Shown here piece by piece: positions 9,801-18,335 of a stretch of DNA of 38,486 nucleotides. Location of the stretch: assembly GCA_000375685.1 (NCBI GenBank), contig AQVQ01000003.1, forward strand, positions 1 to 38,486. Direction: 5' to 3'. The position numbers and the translations under genes are program-made. The stretch comes from a crenarchaeote SCGC AAA261-N23. GTDB taxonomy: Archaea > Thermoproteota > Thermoprotei > Gearchaeales > Gearchaeaceae. Each line of letters opens with the position of its first letter. Position 1 is the stretch's first letter. The notes beneath the pieces were generated by a model. That model made no database searches, was not told the origin of the DNA, and saw only the letters and a list, made by a program, of their open reading frames with translations.

Positions 9801-10064
9801 ATGTCTACCAACGAGGAGAAAATAAGGCAGGCAATTGAGATATTGAACAATTTACTTAAGGATATAGGTGTTGCTAGACAAGTTAAAGAGGCATGTAAAG
9901 ATGCTATTAGCTACTTAAACGACAAAAAGATAACCTCCTATGGAATCAGAGCTGCTAATAGCATTAGCAGAATAGAAGAAGTCACACAGGACCCAACGGT
10001 ACCGCCCTATATAAGGACGACACTTTGGAAAGTAATAAGCATATTAGAACAGGTAAAAGATTAA
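9801..10064 (+). CDS. UPF0147 family protein
   Basis: 87-aa helical protein with RAANSISRIEEVTQDPTVPPYIRTTLW, matching the archaeal UPF0147 pattern; typically divergent from UPF0148. Confidence 0.85.
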   Translation: MSTNEEKIRQAIEILNNLLKDIGVARQVKEACKDAISYLNDKKITSYGIRAANSISRIEEVTQDPTVPPYIRTTLWKVISILEQVKD

Positions 10065-11446
10065 TCCAAAATTGGAGTTTGAATATGGAAAATTCCTGGC
10101 TTATCTATTCTTTGGAAACCGTGGCCTCCGAAGTAATCCCTCAGTGCTTGAGTTAAATTTGCATGAAGATTTTCAGTGAACAAGTACAAGATGTAATTCA
10201 AATTGGCTGCCAAAGTCATGCATGGCATGCTTGATTTCAAAGCCGTTGAAACTGTTTTAATCAATCCTCCAATATTTTCTCTTATTGTTTTAATAATAAA
10301 CGTTTCTTCAAAAAGATTGTTATTTTTTTCGCTAATTAAAAACAAATTATTAAGAAAACTACTTCTTATTATACTTCCAGCTCTCCACACCTTTAAGCAA
10401 TCCTTATACTTGAAATCGTAGGAAAAGGTGTTGCATTTTTCTAGAAGTTTAATTCCCTGTAAATAAGACACACAATAAGATAAAGATAATGCGCATTTTA
10501 AATCATCCCTTGTTAAAACGTTTGCATCCCTTTCTTGTTTAAGAGAAAAGAATTTCGATAATTTAACTCTTTCTTCCTTCTTGCTTGATAACATTCTAGC
10601 TATTACTGCAGATTGTATACTAGGTATCGGTTCCTCGGCTTCAAGAGAAGTTTGAACAGTCCATATGCCTGTTCCTTTTTGTTCGGCCTTATCAAGAATA
10701 AAATCCAATAGGTATCCTTTATCTTCTTTGATTTTTAAAATTTCACTTGCAGCGTTAAGAAGAAATGAATTTAATTCACCTTTATTCCATTCACCAAAAA
10801 TATCTGATATTTCTTCATTTGTTTTACCTAGAAGATTTTTAAGTATATAATAAGTTTCAGAAATGCTTTCTATTAAGGAATATTCTATTCCATTATGAAC
10901 CATTTTCACAAAATGTCCTGCACCTCCTTCACCAAAGTATTCGTTACAAAAGTAACCATTATATTTTGCAGAAATATTGTTTAAAATTTCTCTAATTAAA
11001 TAATAACCTTCTTTACTACCCCCTGCCATTATACTTAGCCCATATCTGGCTCCTTCTATCCCCCCGCTTATTCCTAATCCTAAAAATTCAACCCCCCTTT
11101 CTTTTAATACTTTATATCTCCTATCTGTGTCTTTAAAATAAGAATTACCTGCATCAATAATCATATCACCTTTTTCCACTTCCTTGGATAAATTATCTAT
11201 CGATTCATCAACTGGCTTACCTGGTTTAACAAGCATTATTATTATTCTTGGTCTTTTTAGAGATCTGACAAACTCCCCAATAGAGAATGTAGCCTGAACA
11301 TTTTTAGGCTTAACGCTTTTAATGAATAATTCAGTTTTTTCCTTTGTTCTATTGTATATGCTCACTTTATAACCTTTTTCTGAAAACTGTAAGGCCAAAT
11401 TTGCTCCCATTGTGCCTAAACCGAAAATACCTAAATCCGAGACCAC
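10061..11446 (-). CDS. gnd: 6-phosphogluconate dehydrogenase, decarboxylating, NADP-type long form
   Basis: GLGTMG, YNRT (NADP 2'-phosphate motif), DAGNS, ISGG, GHFVKMVHNGIEY, QKGTG, QALRDYFGGH; 461 aa. Confidence 0.95.
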   Translation of the reverse strand: MVSDLGIFGLGTMGANLALQFSEKGYKVSIYNRTKEKTELFIKSVKPKNVQATFSIGEFVRSLKRPRIIIMLVKPGKPVDESIDNLSKEVEKGDMIIDAGNSYFKDTDRRYKVLKERGVEFLGLGISGGIEGARYGLSIMAGGSKEGYYLIREILNNISAKYNGYFCNEYFGEGGAGHFVKMVHNGIEYSLIESISETYYILKNLLGKTNEEISDIFGEWNKGELNSFLLNAASEILKIKEDKGYLLDFILDKAEQKGTGIWTVQTSLEAEEPIPSIQSAVIARMLSSKKEERVKLSKFFSLKQERDANVLTRDDLKCALSLSYCVSYLQGIKLLEKCNTFSYDFKYKDCLKVWRAGSIIRSSFLNNLFLISEKNNNLFEETFIIKTIRENIGGLIKTVSTALKSSMPCMTLAANLNYILYLFTENLHANLTQALRDYFGGHGFQRIDKPGIFHIQTPILD

Positions 11447-11477
11447 GACTTTAAAACTATTTTGACATTTATAAATT

Positions 11478-11550
11478 AGCCTCGGGTGGGATTCGAACCC
11501 ACGACCTTCCGCTTACAAGGCGGATGCTATACCAGCTTAGCTACCGAGGC
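11478..11550 (-). tRNA. tRNA-Thr(TGT)
   Basis: GCCTCGG acceptor stem, anticodon arm TCCGC-CTTGTAA-GCGGA, T-loop GTTCGAATC; no intron, no encoded CCA. Confidence 0.95.
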
Positions 11551-11629
11551 TTTTCTATTTTATAATTTTACTTGAGAAACTATAAATTGGTTTTCATAAT
11601 GAACCAAAAGGAAAGCATTAAATGTATTA

Positions 11630-11714
11630 TGCGGGGGGTGGGATTTGAACCCACGCAGCGCTTACGCACAAGCGCCTCAGGCTTGCCCCTTTGACCTGGC
11701 TCGGGAACCCCCGC
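11630..11714 (-). tRNA. tRNA-Leu(GAG)
   Basis: GCGGGGG acceptor stem, anticodon arm CAAGC-CTGAGGC-GCTTG, long variable arm, GTTCAAATC, discriminator A. Confidence 0.95.
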
Positions 11715-11843
11715 AATACATGTATATTAAGATTCAAAACAAATTTACTTTTAGGATTTTTTATATTTTTCCCTAAAAAATTGATGAAATGAGTATTAAA
11801 CTGCTAGCTTTATTCAACAATTCATTTAGAGAAGGAAGAAATC

Positions 11844-14336
11844 ATGAGGAAGATTAATAAAGCCTCACCTAAGCTATTTAGCGATATACAAGTAAATTTT
11901 AAATGTTTATCAGTTAATGAAACCAACTTAGATATAATAGAGAACTATAAAATAGGATTATCTTACGTAATTATTACATCAGATGGAAGATACCTTATAA
12001 AAGACCCAACAATAGCTCAAAACGAAATTGAAACTTTAAACAACATAATAAACGATCTTGTATACAAACTCCCAAGTATTCAAGTAGATGACAGAAACAA
12101 ATTTAGAGAAGTATTAGAGAAGTTTGGAATATACGAAAATAAACTCATTTATTATTTAGAAAGAGAACTTTTTGGATACGGTGTTTTAGAGCCTTTAATG
12201 AAAGACCAAAAAATTGAGGATATTCAAATTCCTTCACCGAATGTTCCTGCAAGAGTTGTGCACTCTGATTATGGTAAAATGGTAACAAATGTAATTCTAG
12301 ATGAGAATGAGCTGGACCTCTACATAGAGAAACTTGTTTATAAAAGTGGGAAAAGCGTGAGCATGTTTAAACCAATGCTTTCAATTAAATCTTCTGATAC
12401 AGCAAGAATAACTGTAACTTATAAAAAAGAAGTAGGTTATAAAGGAAGTAGCGTAACTATAAGAAAATTTCCTGAAAATCCTTGGAGTATAACACGCATA
12501 TTATGCAAGAATACGATAGATGTGGTAAGTGCCGCATACCTAATGAAATTGATAGAGAATAAAAAAGCAGTTTTAGTAATCGGTGGAATGGGTGATGGTA
12601 AAACGAGCCTAATAAACTCCCTGACAAACTTCATACCGCATAATTCTACTGTCATAACAGTTGAAGACTCAGTTTGCGGAGATGCATACATTTTATGTAT
12701 ATTAGAAAATGAATTAAAATTTATAAAAATTGGCGAGTTGATTGAAAGTTTATTCTTAATGAATAATAAAGAAAAAGAAGGATTCTTAAAAGTTGATAAT
12801 CTATATGTCTTAACAATTGATGAAAATAATAATATAAATTGGAAAAAATGTGATTATGTTTATAAACATACTGTTTTTAAAGAATTCGTCAAAATTATTA
12901 CAGAATCAGGAAAAGAGATAGAAGTAACAGCTGATCATTCACTATTTAAATTCGATGAAAACAGTAAAACTCTGATACCTGTTAAATGTTCTCTATTAGA
13001 AGTAGGTGATACGATTGCCGTATTGGCTAATTTAAATTTAGAAGATTTAATCCTTAATTCTAATTCACTAGCGATTCGGTGTCAAGATCCAAACATTATA
13101 TCAAGTTTTAAATCATCAAGCTACTCAGGTTCTGTAAACACTGAATTCAATAGCGCATATGAAATCTTACAAACGAATATAAACGAGGCAAAAGCAACAA
13201 GACTTTTTGAAAAGCTGATTTATAGCGGAAAGGAGGCAAGAGAAGAAATCCTAAACAATTTGGTGGAGGAAAAAGCAGATAACAAATACAAATTTATCAG
13301 AGTGAAAAGCAGGGATGAAATGATAGCTATCCAGACTTTACTGCTTTTACTTGGAATAGAAAGCATTGCGATCAAGAAAAGTAAAGGGAATGACGAATAT
13401 TATGAAATTATAATTAATGACCATAGTTTAATAGATAAAATTGCATTTTATCATAATTACCATATAAATAAAAATATAAAACACAATTGTATAAAAAATG
13501 AAAAAATTATAAATGTTGAAAAATCATTTAAAAGAGAAACAGTATATGATTTAACAGTATTAGATACAGGAAAATTTATTGCCAACAACTTCATTTGTCA
13601 CAACACACCTGAGCTAAGATTAGCGCATCAATATTGGATACCATTGGTAACGAGGGAAAGCATAACCTTAGATGAAAAAGGGAACATAGATATGTTCTCT
13701 TTAGTCAAGCACGCATTAAGAATGAGTGGAGATTACTTGATCGTAGGTGAAGTTAGAGGAGAAGAAGGCAGAGTATGGGCGCAAGCGATAATGACAGGCC
13801 ATGGAGGTATTACTAGTCTTCATGCTGAATCACCAAGCTCTGCAATTGAAAGATTATTAAGCGATCCAATAAAGGTTGAAGCTGGAAGTTTAAGTTCATT
13901 ACATTCAATAGTTGATATACGTAAAGTATCGCAATACAAGGAAAATAGTAAAGGCAAAAAAATTGTCACATATCATAGAAGAGTGACAGGCTTATACGAT
14001 TTAAATTTTTCCACATCCACTAAAGAAGCAAAATTCTATAAAGTAACTTCTTACGATGGTGAAAATGATACATTTAAGACTATTTCTCTAGAAGAAATCA
14101 TCAAACTTCCTACAATGATCCAAATTATGGAAGAAAAAGGTATCGATGAGAAGAAATTACTGAAAGACCTTGAAACTAAAGTAAAATTCCTCAACAAAGT
14201 TAAAGAAATAGCTTTAAGCAATAATGAATACTTAGATTACAGCAATATTTGTAGAGTTATTTGGGAGTTTTACAAAGATCCTGATACTTTCAAGTTTGAT
14301 GAAATTCCCAAGAGAACCGAGATAGTTCTCGAATAA
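11844..14336 (+). CDS. Type IV pilus/type II secretion assembly ATPase (VirB11/FlaI/TadA family), intein-containing
   Basis: GYGVLEPLMKDQKIEDI, TIRKF, Walker A GGMGDGKTS, Asp box TVED|TPEL split by the insert, Walker B LIVGEVRGEE, His box TGHGGITSLHA; 518 aa after removing the intein. Confidence 0.93.
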   Translation: MRKINKASPKLFSDIQVNFKCLSVNETNLDIIENYKIGLSYVIITSDGRYLIKDPTIAQNEIETLNNIINDLVYKLPSIQVDDRNKFREVLEKFGIYENKLIYYLERELFGYGVLEPLMKDQKIEDIQIPSPNVPARVVHSDYGKMVTNVILDENELDLYIEKLVYKSGKSVSMFKPMLSIKSSDTARITVTYKKEVGYKGSSVTIRKFPENPWSITRILCKNTIDVVSAAYLMKLIENKKAVLVIGGMGDGKTSLINSLTNFIPHNSTVITVEDSVCGDAYILCILENELKFIKIGELIESLFLMNNKEKEGFLKVDNLYVLTIDENNNINWKKCDYVYKHTVFKEFVKIITESGKEIEVTADHSLFKFDENSKTLIPVKCSLLEVGDTIAVLANLNLEDLILNSNSLAIRCQDPNIISSFKSSSYSGSVNTEFNSAYEILQTNINEAKATRLFEKLIYSGKEAREEILNNLVEEKADNKYKFIRVKSRDEMIAIQTLLLLLGIESIAIKKSKGNDEYYEIIINDHSLIDKIAFYHNYHINKNIKHNCIKNEKIINVEKSFKRETVYDLTVLDTGKFIANNFICHNTPELRLAHQYWIPLVTRESITLDEKGNIDMFSLVKHALRMSGDYLIVGEVRGEEGRVWAQAIMTGHGGITSLHAESPSSAIERLLSDPIKVEAGSLSSLHSIVDIRKVSQYKENSKGKKIVTYHRRVTGLYDLNFSTSTKEAKFYKVTSYDGENDTFKTISLEEIIKLPTMIQIMEEKGIDEKKLLKDLETKVKFLNKVKEIALSNNEYLDYSNICRVIWEFYKDPDTFKFDEIPKRTEIVLE
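12669..13604 (+). mobile_element. Intein (312 aa) with degenerate LAGLIDADG remnant
   Basis: Block A SVCGDAYIL, block B IEVTADHSLF, block F VYDLTV, block G FIANNFICHN followed by Thr; removal restores ITVEDTPELRL. Confidence 0.93.
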
Positions 14337-16171
14337 TGCTTACAAAGAGAAAATACGAGTTCTTAAGCACTAAAATATTTTCAAATATTCCATTTTTGAA
14401 TATATGTGTTCCACTAATTATTTTAGTATCAGTGATAACTGTTAGCTTTCTTAACGGTATAACATTAATGCATATTATACTTTTAATCGTTTTCTTATTT
14501 TCCATAATTCTAGTAAATAAAAGAATAGAAACAATATTCAATTTTTTTAATAAGAAATTTAACTTAATAGAAAATTACAAAACAAAGTTATTTTATTCTG
14601 AGATAAATGAGAATCCGTTTGAATATAGCAAAAAGATGGTATTATATTTACTATTATATACTATATCTTCAATTCTTTCTTTATTCATGATTCTTTATTT
14701 TAAGTTAAGTTTTTGGTTCGTAATAATCGTTATTTTAGGCAACGCTTATTTAGTGTTCATATTATTTTATCCTTCGATAAAAACTAACCAAATTAGTAGT
14801 GGAGTTGAAAAAGAAATCCAAATGCTTTATGCACTGCTATCATCATTTCTAACAGTAGGTATCAACCCTTACCTTACTTTATCAGTGATTAATGAAAATC
14901 CATTCTTTAGCTTTTTTAAAAAAGTCTTCAATCAGATTGAAAAAATAAAGATTCTTTACATTCTTAATCCGATGGATGCAATTGCAAAGTATTCTAGAAT
15001 CGCTCAAAGTGATCAATTGCGAGACTTATTACAAACAATTTCTGCGAGCGAGACTATAGAATTGCATAAATTAATCAAGAATAAAATGATAGATAGCTTT
15101 AAACTTCTAGAAAAGAGAATTGAGAACTTACTTGAGAAGTTTAATATTCTACTAGCTTCCCAACTTTTGGTGTTTATATTGGTTCCAATTACAATGATCG
15201 TCACAGCTATTTTTACTGGATTAGATTTGGGTTTAGCTTTGGTCATTTTCATTTTGGTTCCTATCTTATTTTTTGTAGCATTCTTCTTTATGCTTAGAAC
15301 AAGCATACCTTCACATTTAAGTCTTCAAATAAGCCTTGATTATAAGTATGGGGGGATTTTGCTTATAGCTATTACACCCTTACTTGGAATTTTTTATCTA
15401 AAAGGAATTATAGGATTGGATAATCTAGTGTTTATAGCTTTAATGTCCTTCCTACTTTGCATGTTTTATTTTAATTATAAAAAACAGAGTATATACGAGA
15501 TTCTAATCAGTTCAATACCTAAAGTATTTCGAGAAATTGCTGAGGAAACAAAAAAAGGTATAAGTCCTTCGCAAGCATTGGAAAAAGTAATAGAAAGAGT
15601 TGAAGAAATCGTCAAGTTATTCATAAAAAAGCTGCTATTCTCTAAAAGATTGGGTTTAAGCATTACTTCAATTTTGACAAAGGAAAATCTTCCATTACTG
15701 TTTAAGCAATTATTCAGCATACTTGAATACACAGATCAGGTAGGTGCTGATCCATCTATTTATAATGATTTGGCAGATTTTGTTGAAAGATTAGATAATA
15801 GTAGAAGAGTCTATAAAATTAGAACCAGATTTTTCAAATATTCTAGCTACTTTGTTACAGCATTATTAGGAGTTTCAATTTCGATATCAATATCAGTCTT
15901 AGGAAGTTTAATTAATGCATTCGGTTCTATTGTCACAATATACACAATTTCCTCTTTTTTGTCCTTCAACACTGCTCCTTATTGGATTTACTTAATAGCA
16001 AACATATCAGCTTATATCAACTCTGCAATGTTAGGCTATTTAGGTGGATCATTAGGATATGACCATGTAGAAGGATTTAAGAATGCGATGATATGCATGT
16101 TAATTGCCTTTTTTGTTTTACAAACTTTCAATCTGATTGGTATCTGGGGAAGTAATGGAAAGTTCTATTGA
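14336..16171 (+). CDS. Pilus assembly membrane platform protein (TadC/FlaJ/T2SSF-like, two repeats)
   Basis: Many TM segments alternating with two soluble domains (e.g. IPKVFREIAEETKKGISPSQALEKV); TAATG-coupled to the ATPase. Confidence 0.8.
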   Translation: MLTKRKYEFLSTKIFSNIPFLNICVPLIILVSVITVSFLNGITLMHIILLIVFLFSIILVNKRIETIFNFFNKKFNLIENYKTKLFYSEINENPFEYSKKMVLYLLLYTISSILSLFMILYFKLSFWFVIIVILGNAYLVFILFYPSIKTNQISSGVEKEIQMLYALLSSFLTVGINPYLTLSVINENPFFSFFKKVFNQIEKIKILYILNPMDAIAKYSRIAQSDQLRDLLQTISASETIELHKLIKNKMIDSFKLLEKRIENLLEKFNILLASQLLVFILVPITMIVTAIFTGLDLGLALVIFILVPILFFVAFFFMLRTSIPSHLSLQISLDYKYGGILLIAITPLLGIFYLKGIIGLDNLVFIALMSFLLCMFYFNYKKQSIYEILISSIPKVFREIAEETKKGISPSQALEKVIERVEEIVKLFIKKLLFSKRLGLSITSILTKENLPLLFKQLFSILEYTDQVGADPSIYNDLADFVERLDNSRRVYKIRTRFFKYSSYFVTALLGVSISISISVLGSLINAFGSIVTIYTISSFLSFNTAPYWIYLIANISAYINSAMLGYLGGSLGYDHVEGFKNAMICMLIAFFVLQTFNLIGIWGSNGKFY

Positions 16172-16553
16172 GACCGTTGTAAGTGCTTTCATAATAATAG
16201 TGATCATAACATGGTCTTTAAGCAGCGTAACATATTTATTACATATCTACCAACAGCAAGAAATTACATTATTCTTGAATAGTTGTGCAAAGAATATTGC
16301 TTTAGCCTATTTAAACACAAAACCATACAATAATGTAAATCTTACGGGTTTCTGCGAAGGAAAAATAGGTAAAGGACTAATGTACTTTATTAAAATTAGT
16401 TTGTTCTATATAGTTAACGGTGACGTAAATGTCAAGGTTATATATCAAAATGGAAGTGAACCCAGCAACTTTGTAAACAAGGCGGTTTATTATGCATGCT
16501 TGTTGAAAGGTAATTTAACCTGCGTTGAAGTTTACGTATATGGCGAAACTTAG
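16155..16553 (+). CDS. Minor pilin-like protein
   Basis: ATG at 16155 preferred over 16137; MESSIETVVSAFIIIVIITWSL N-terminal hydrophobic helix then a small globular domain with Cys residues; pilus operon context. Confidence 0.6.
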   Translation: MESSIETVVSAFIIIVIITWSLSSVTYLLHIYQQQEITLFLNSCAKNIALAYLNTKPYNNVNLTGFCEGKIGKGLMYFIKISLFYIVNGDVNVKVIYQNGSEPSNFVNKAVYYACLLKGNLTCVEVYVYGET

Positions 16554-16950
16554 ATCACAAGCAAGAATAATAGAAGCACTCCTTTCTTCTCTCATCATAA
16601 TTGGAGCTGTAACGATTTCTTATACGTTCTACACGCCTTTTTCCAGTTACAGCATAAGTACCGAATATGGAATACCTAGTAATGTAATAGGATTCATAGT
16701 AGAGAATGGTTACCTTAAATATGTGTTTGAAAATCCAAGTGTGTTGATAAGCGTTTGTAATGAAATAATACCCCAAGATTTCGGTTTCAAGATTACCTTA
16801 TATGATGAAAACTGGAATATTATATGGTCATATCAAACTGCTGATTTTACTTCACAAAATGAAATATCCGCTTATCTTATAATTAATGGTTTTTATGAAG
16901 AAAATTCAACTGGTTTCTTTATTTTTGTTGTTTCCATAAGTAAGGCATGA
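16540..16950 (+). CDS. Minor pilin-like protein with class III-like signal (+1 Gln)
   Basis: ATG at 16540; MAKLRS|QARIIEALLSSLIIIGAV. Confidence 0.7.
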   Translation: MAKLRSQARIIEALLSSLIIIGAVTISYTFYTPFSSYSISTEYGIPSNVIGFIVENGYLKYVFENPSVLISVCNEIIPQDFGFKITLYDENWNIIWSYQTADFTSQNEISAYLIINGFYEENSTGFFIFVVSISKA

Positions 16951-17678
16951 GAAAAGCACAAGTATTGATTCCTATAGTTGCGATACTAGCTATAATGTTG
17001 ATATTATTCTCGTTATCTCTAAGGGAAATCGGTGTTGATTATATTATACAAGGTTCTGAACCAACTAGCAAATATATCCAACTTTTTTATTTCATTGAAG
17101 AATCTTTAGCTAATGGCACTCAAACAGGCTTCAAATACATCAATATGAATTACAATAAAAGCGATTTTAATCCTAAAACCAACATATTAGCGATTTATTT
17201 AACCAAAATTTTTGCACTGCATTACTACAACTACACCCTCAATAAGGCTTCTGCAATAATAGGCCAAACTGATATGAAATTTTACATCAATTCTACAAGT
17301 AATCCATATTTGCTTTACTTGAATGGAAGTTTAAATAAAGGCAAAGGTTCGTATTTCAATCTGACATTTTTCAAGAATGGTATATTTAGACTTAATTTTT
17401 ACATGATAGTTAGCGAAGCAAAAATTGTGATCTCCAATTCTAGCATATATAATTATTATTTAGTTATCTTGAACTATAAATATGAAGTTTATTTTGGAAA
17501 CGAAAGAATTAACATTACAAATCAATTTGAGACTTTAGTTAACGGAAGTGAAAATGGCAATTTTGCTTATCTAAGAGGCCAAACATATTTAGAATTTATA
17601 CTACCTGCAAACTGCATAGGAAAAACGATCATAGGCTTAAAGGATTCCTATGGAATTATTGGCTGGGTGCTAGTGTAA
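16947..17678 (+). CDS. Minor pilin-like protein with class III-like signal (+1 Gln)
   Basis: MRKA|QVLIPIVAILAIMLILFSL; many N-x-S/T sequons; ATGA overlap with the upstream gene. Confidence 0.7.
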   Translation: MRKAQVLIPIVAILAIMLILFSLSLREIGVDYIIQGSEPTSKYIQLFYFIEESLANGTQTGFKYINMNYNKSDFNPKTNILAIYLTKIFALHYYNYTLNKASAIIGQTDMKFYINSTSNPYLLYLNGSLNKGKGSYFNLTFFKNGIFRLNFYMIVSEAKIVISNSSIYNYYLVILNYKYEVYFGNERINITNQFETLVNGSENGNFAYLRGQTYLEFILPANCIGKTIIGLKDSYGIIGWVLV

Positions 17679-18127
17679 TGCCATCAATTATATTATCAAA
17701 CATAGTGGTAACGGTAAGTTTGATCATTTTAATATCAATATCTTTCTCTCTTAGTTACGCTGAATTGCTTAACTATTACAGTTATTTGGATCAAGATGTT
17801 TTAATTAAAGATTTAGTCAAAATTAATAATGCAATAAATTATATATACGGAAAAATTCAAACATCCATAAACATCGAGTTAATACTAACGCCCGGAAGCA
17901 GAATAGACTTCTATCTAAACGGAACAATTATGTTTTACCCTTCAGTAGATAGCAGAACTTTGAAGTCTTTTATTCTTGATCCTAACAATCTAATTGTCAA
18001 TATCGGTTCAAATTTTATATATTATAAAGTAACCTTCTCTGGAGAGAGAGTTGTAGCAACACAAATGAGCCATATAAGTTTACTTTATAGTAAGCCAAAC
18101 GAGATTGAAGTTTTCTTATCTAATTAG
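17678..18127 (+). CDS. Minor pilin-like protein without a basic leader
   Basis: MPSIILSNIVVTVSLIILISISF, then an amphipathic helix and beta-rich domain; TAATG coupling. Confidence 0.55.
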   Translation: MPSIILSNIVVTVSLIILISISFSLSYAELLNYYSYLDQDVLIKDLVKINNAINYIYGKIQTSINIELILTPGSRIDFYLNGTIMFYPSVDSRTLKSFILDPNNLIVNIGSNFIYYKVTFSGERVVATQMSHISLLYSKPNEIEVFLSN

Positions 18128-18310
18128 AAATACAGTTTAATTGGTGAAATGAGAAAGTTAAGTATTGTTAATAGCTAATATCCTTTATTCAATTGATTCA
18201 ATGAGTCGTTGAAAGGAAGATTAACGGCTTAATATTTCCATCTAATATGCTTTGATTTGATCAATTAAATCTTTTTAATTCGCAAAAAAGAGAATCAAAA
18301 GACTAGTCGT

Positions 18311-18320
18311 TTTTATAAAA
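18311..18320 (+). promoter_or_regulatory. Putative internal TATA box for the adhesin sub-operon
   Basis: TTTTATAAAA near the end of the ~210 bp gap, shortly before the starts at 18336/18339. Confidence 0.4.
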
Positions 18321-18335
18321 ACTTTTAAAAAAATT

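Noticed and set aside
11844-16171. Archaellum (flaI/flaJ) or conjugative type IV secretion locus
   Set aside because: No FlaH, FlaF/G or archaellin-like gene, and no VirB4/VirD4 or relaxase recognisable in the locus.
18128-18335. Possible ncRNA or small ORF in the pilus-locus gap
   Set aside because: AT-rich with no GC-rich stem, no convincing C/D box pair and no credible ORF; treated as promoter/terminator space.
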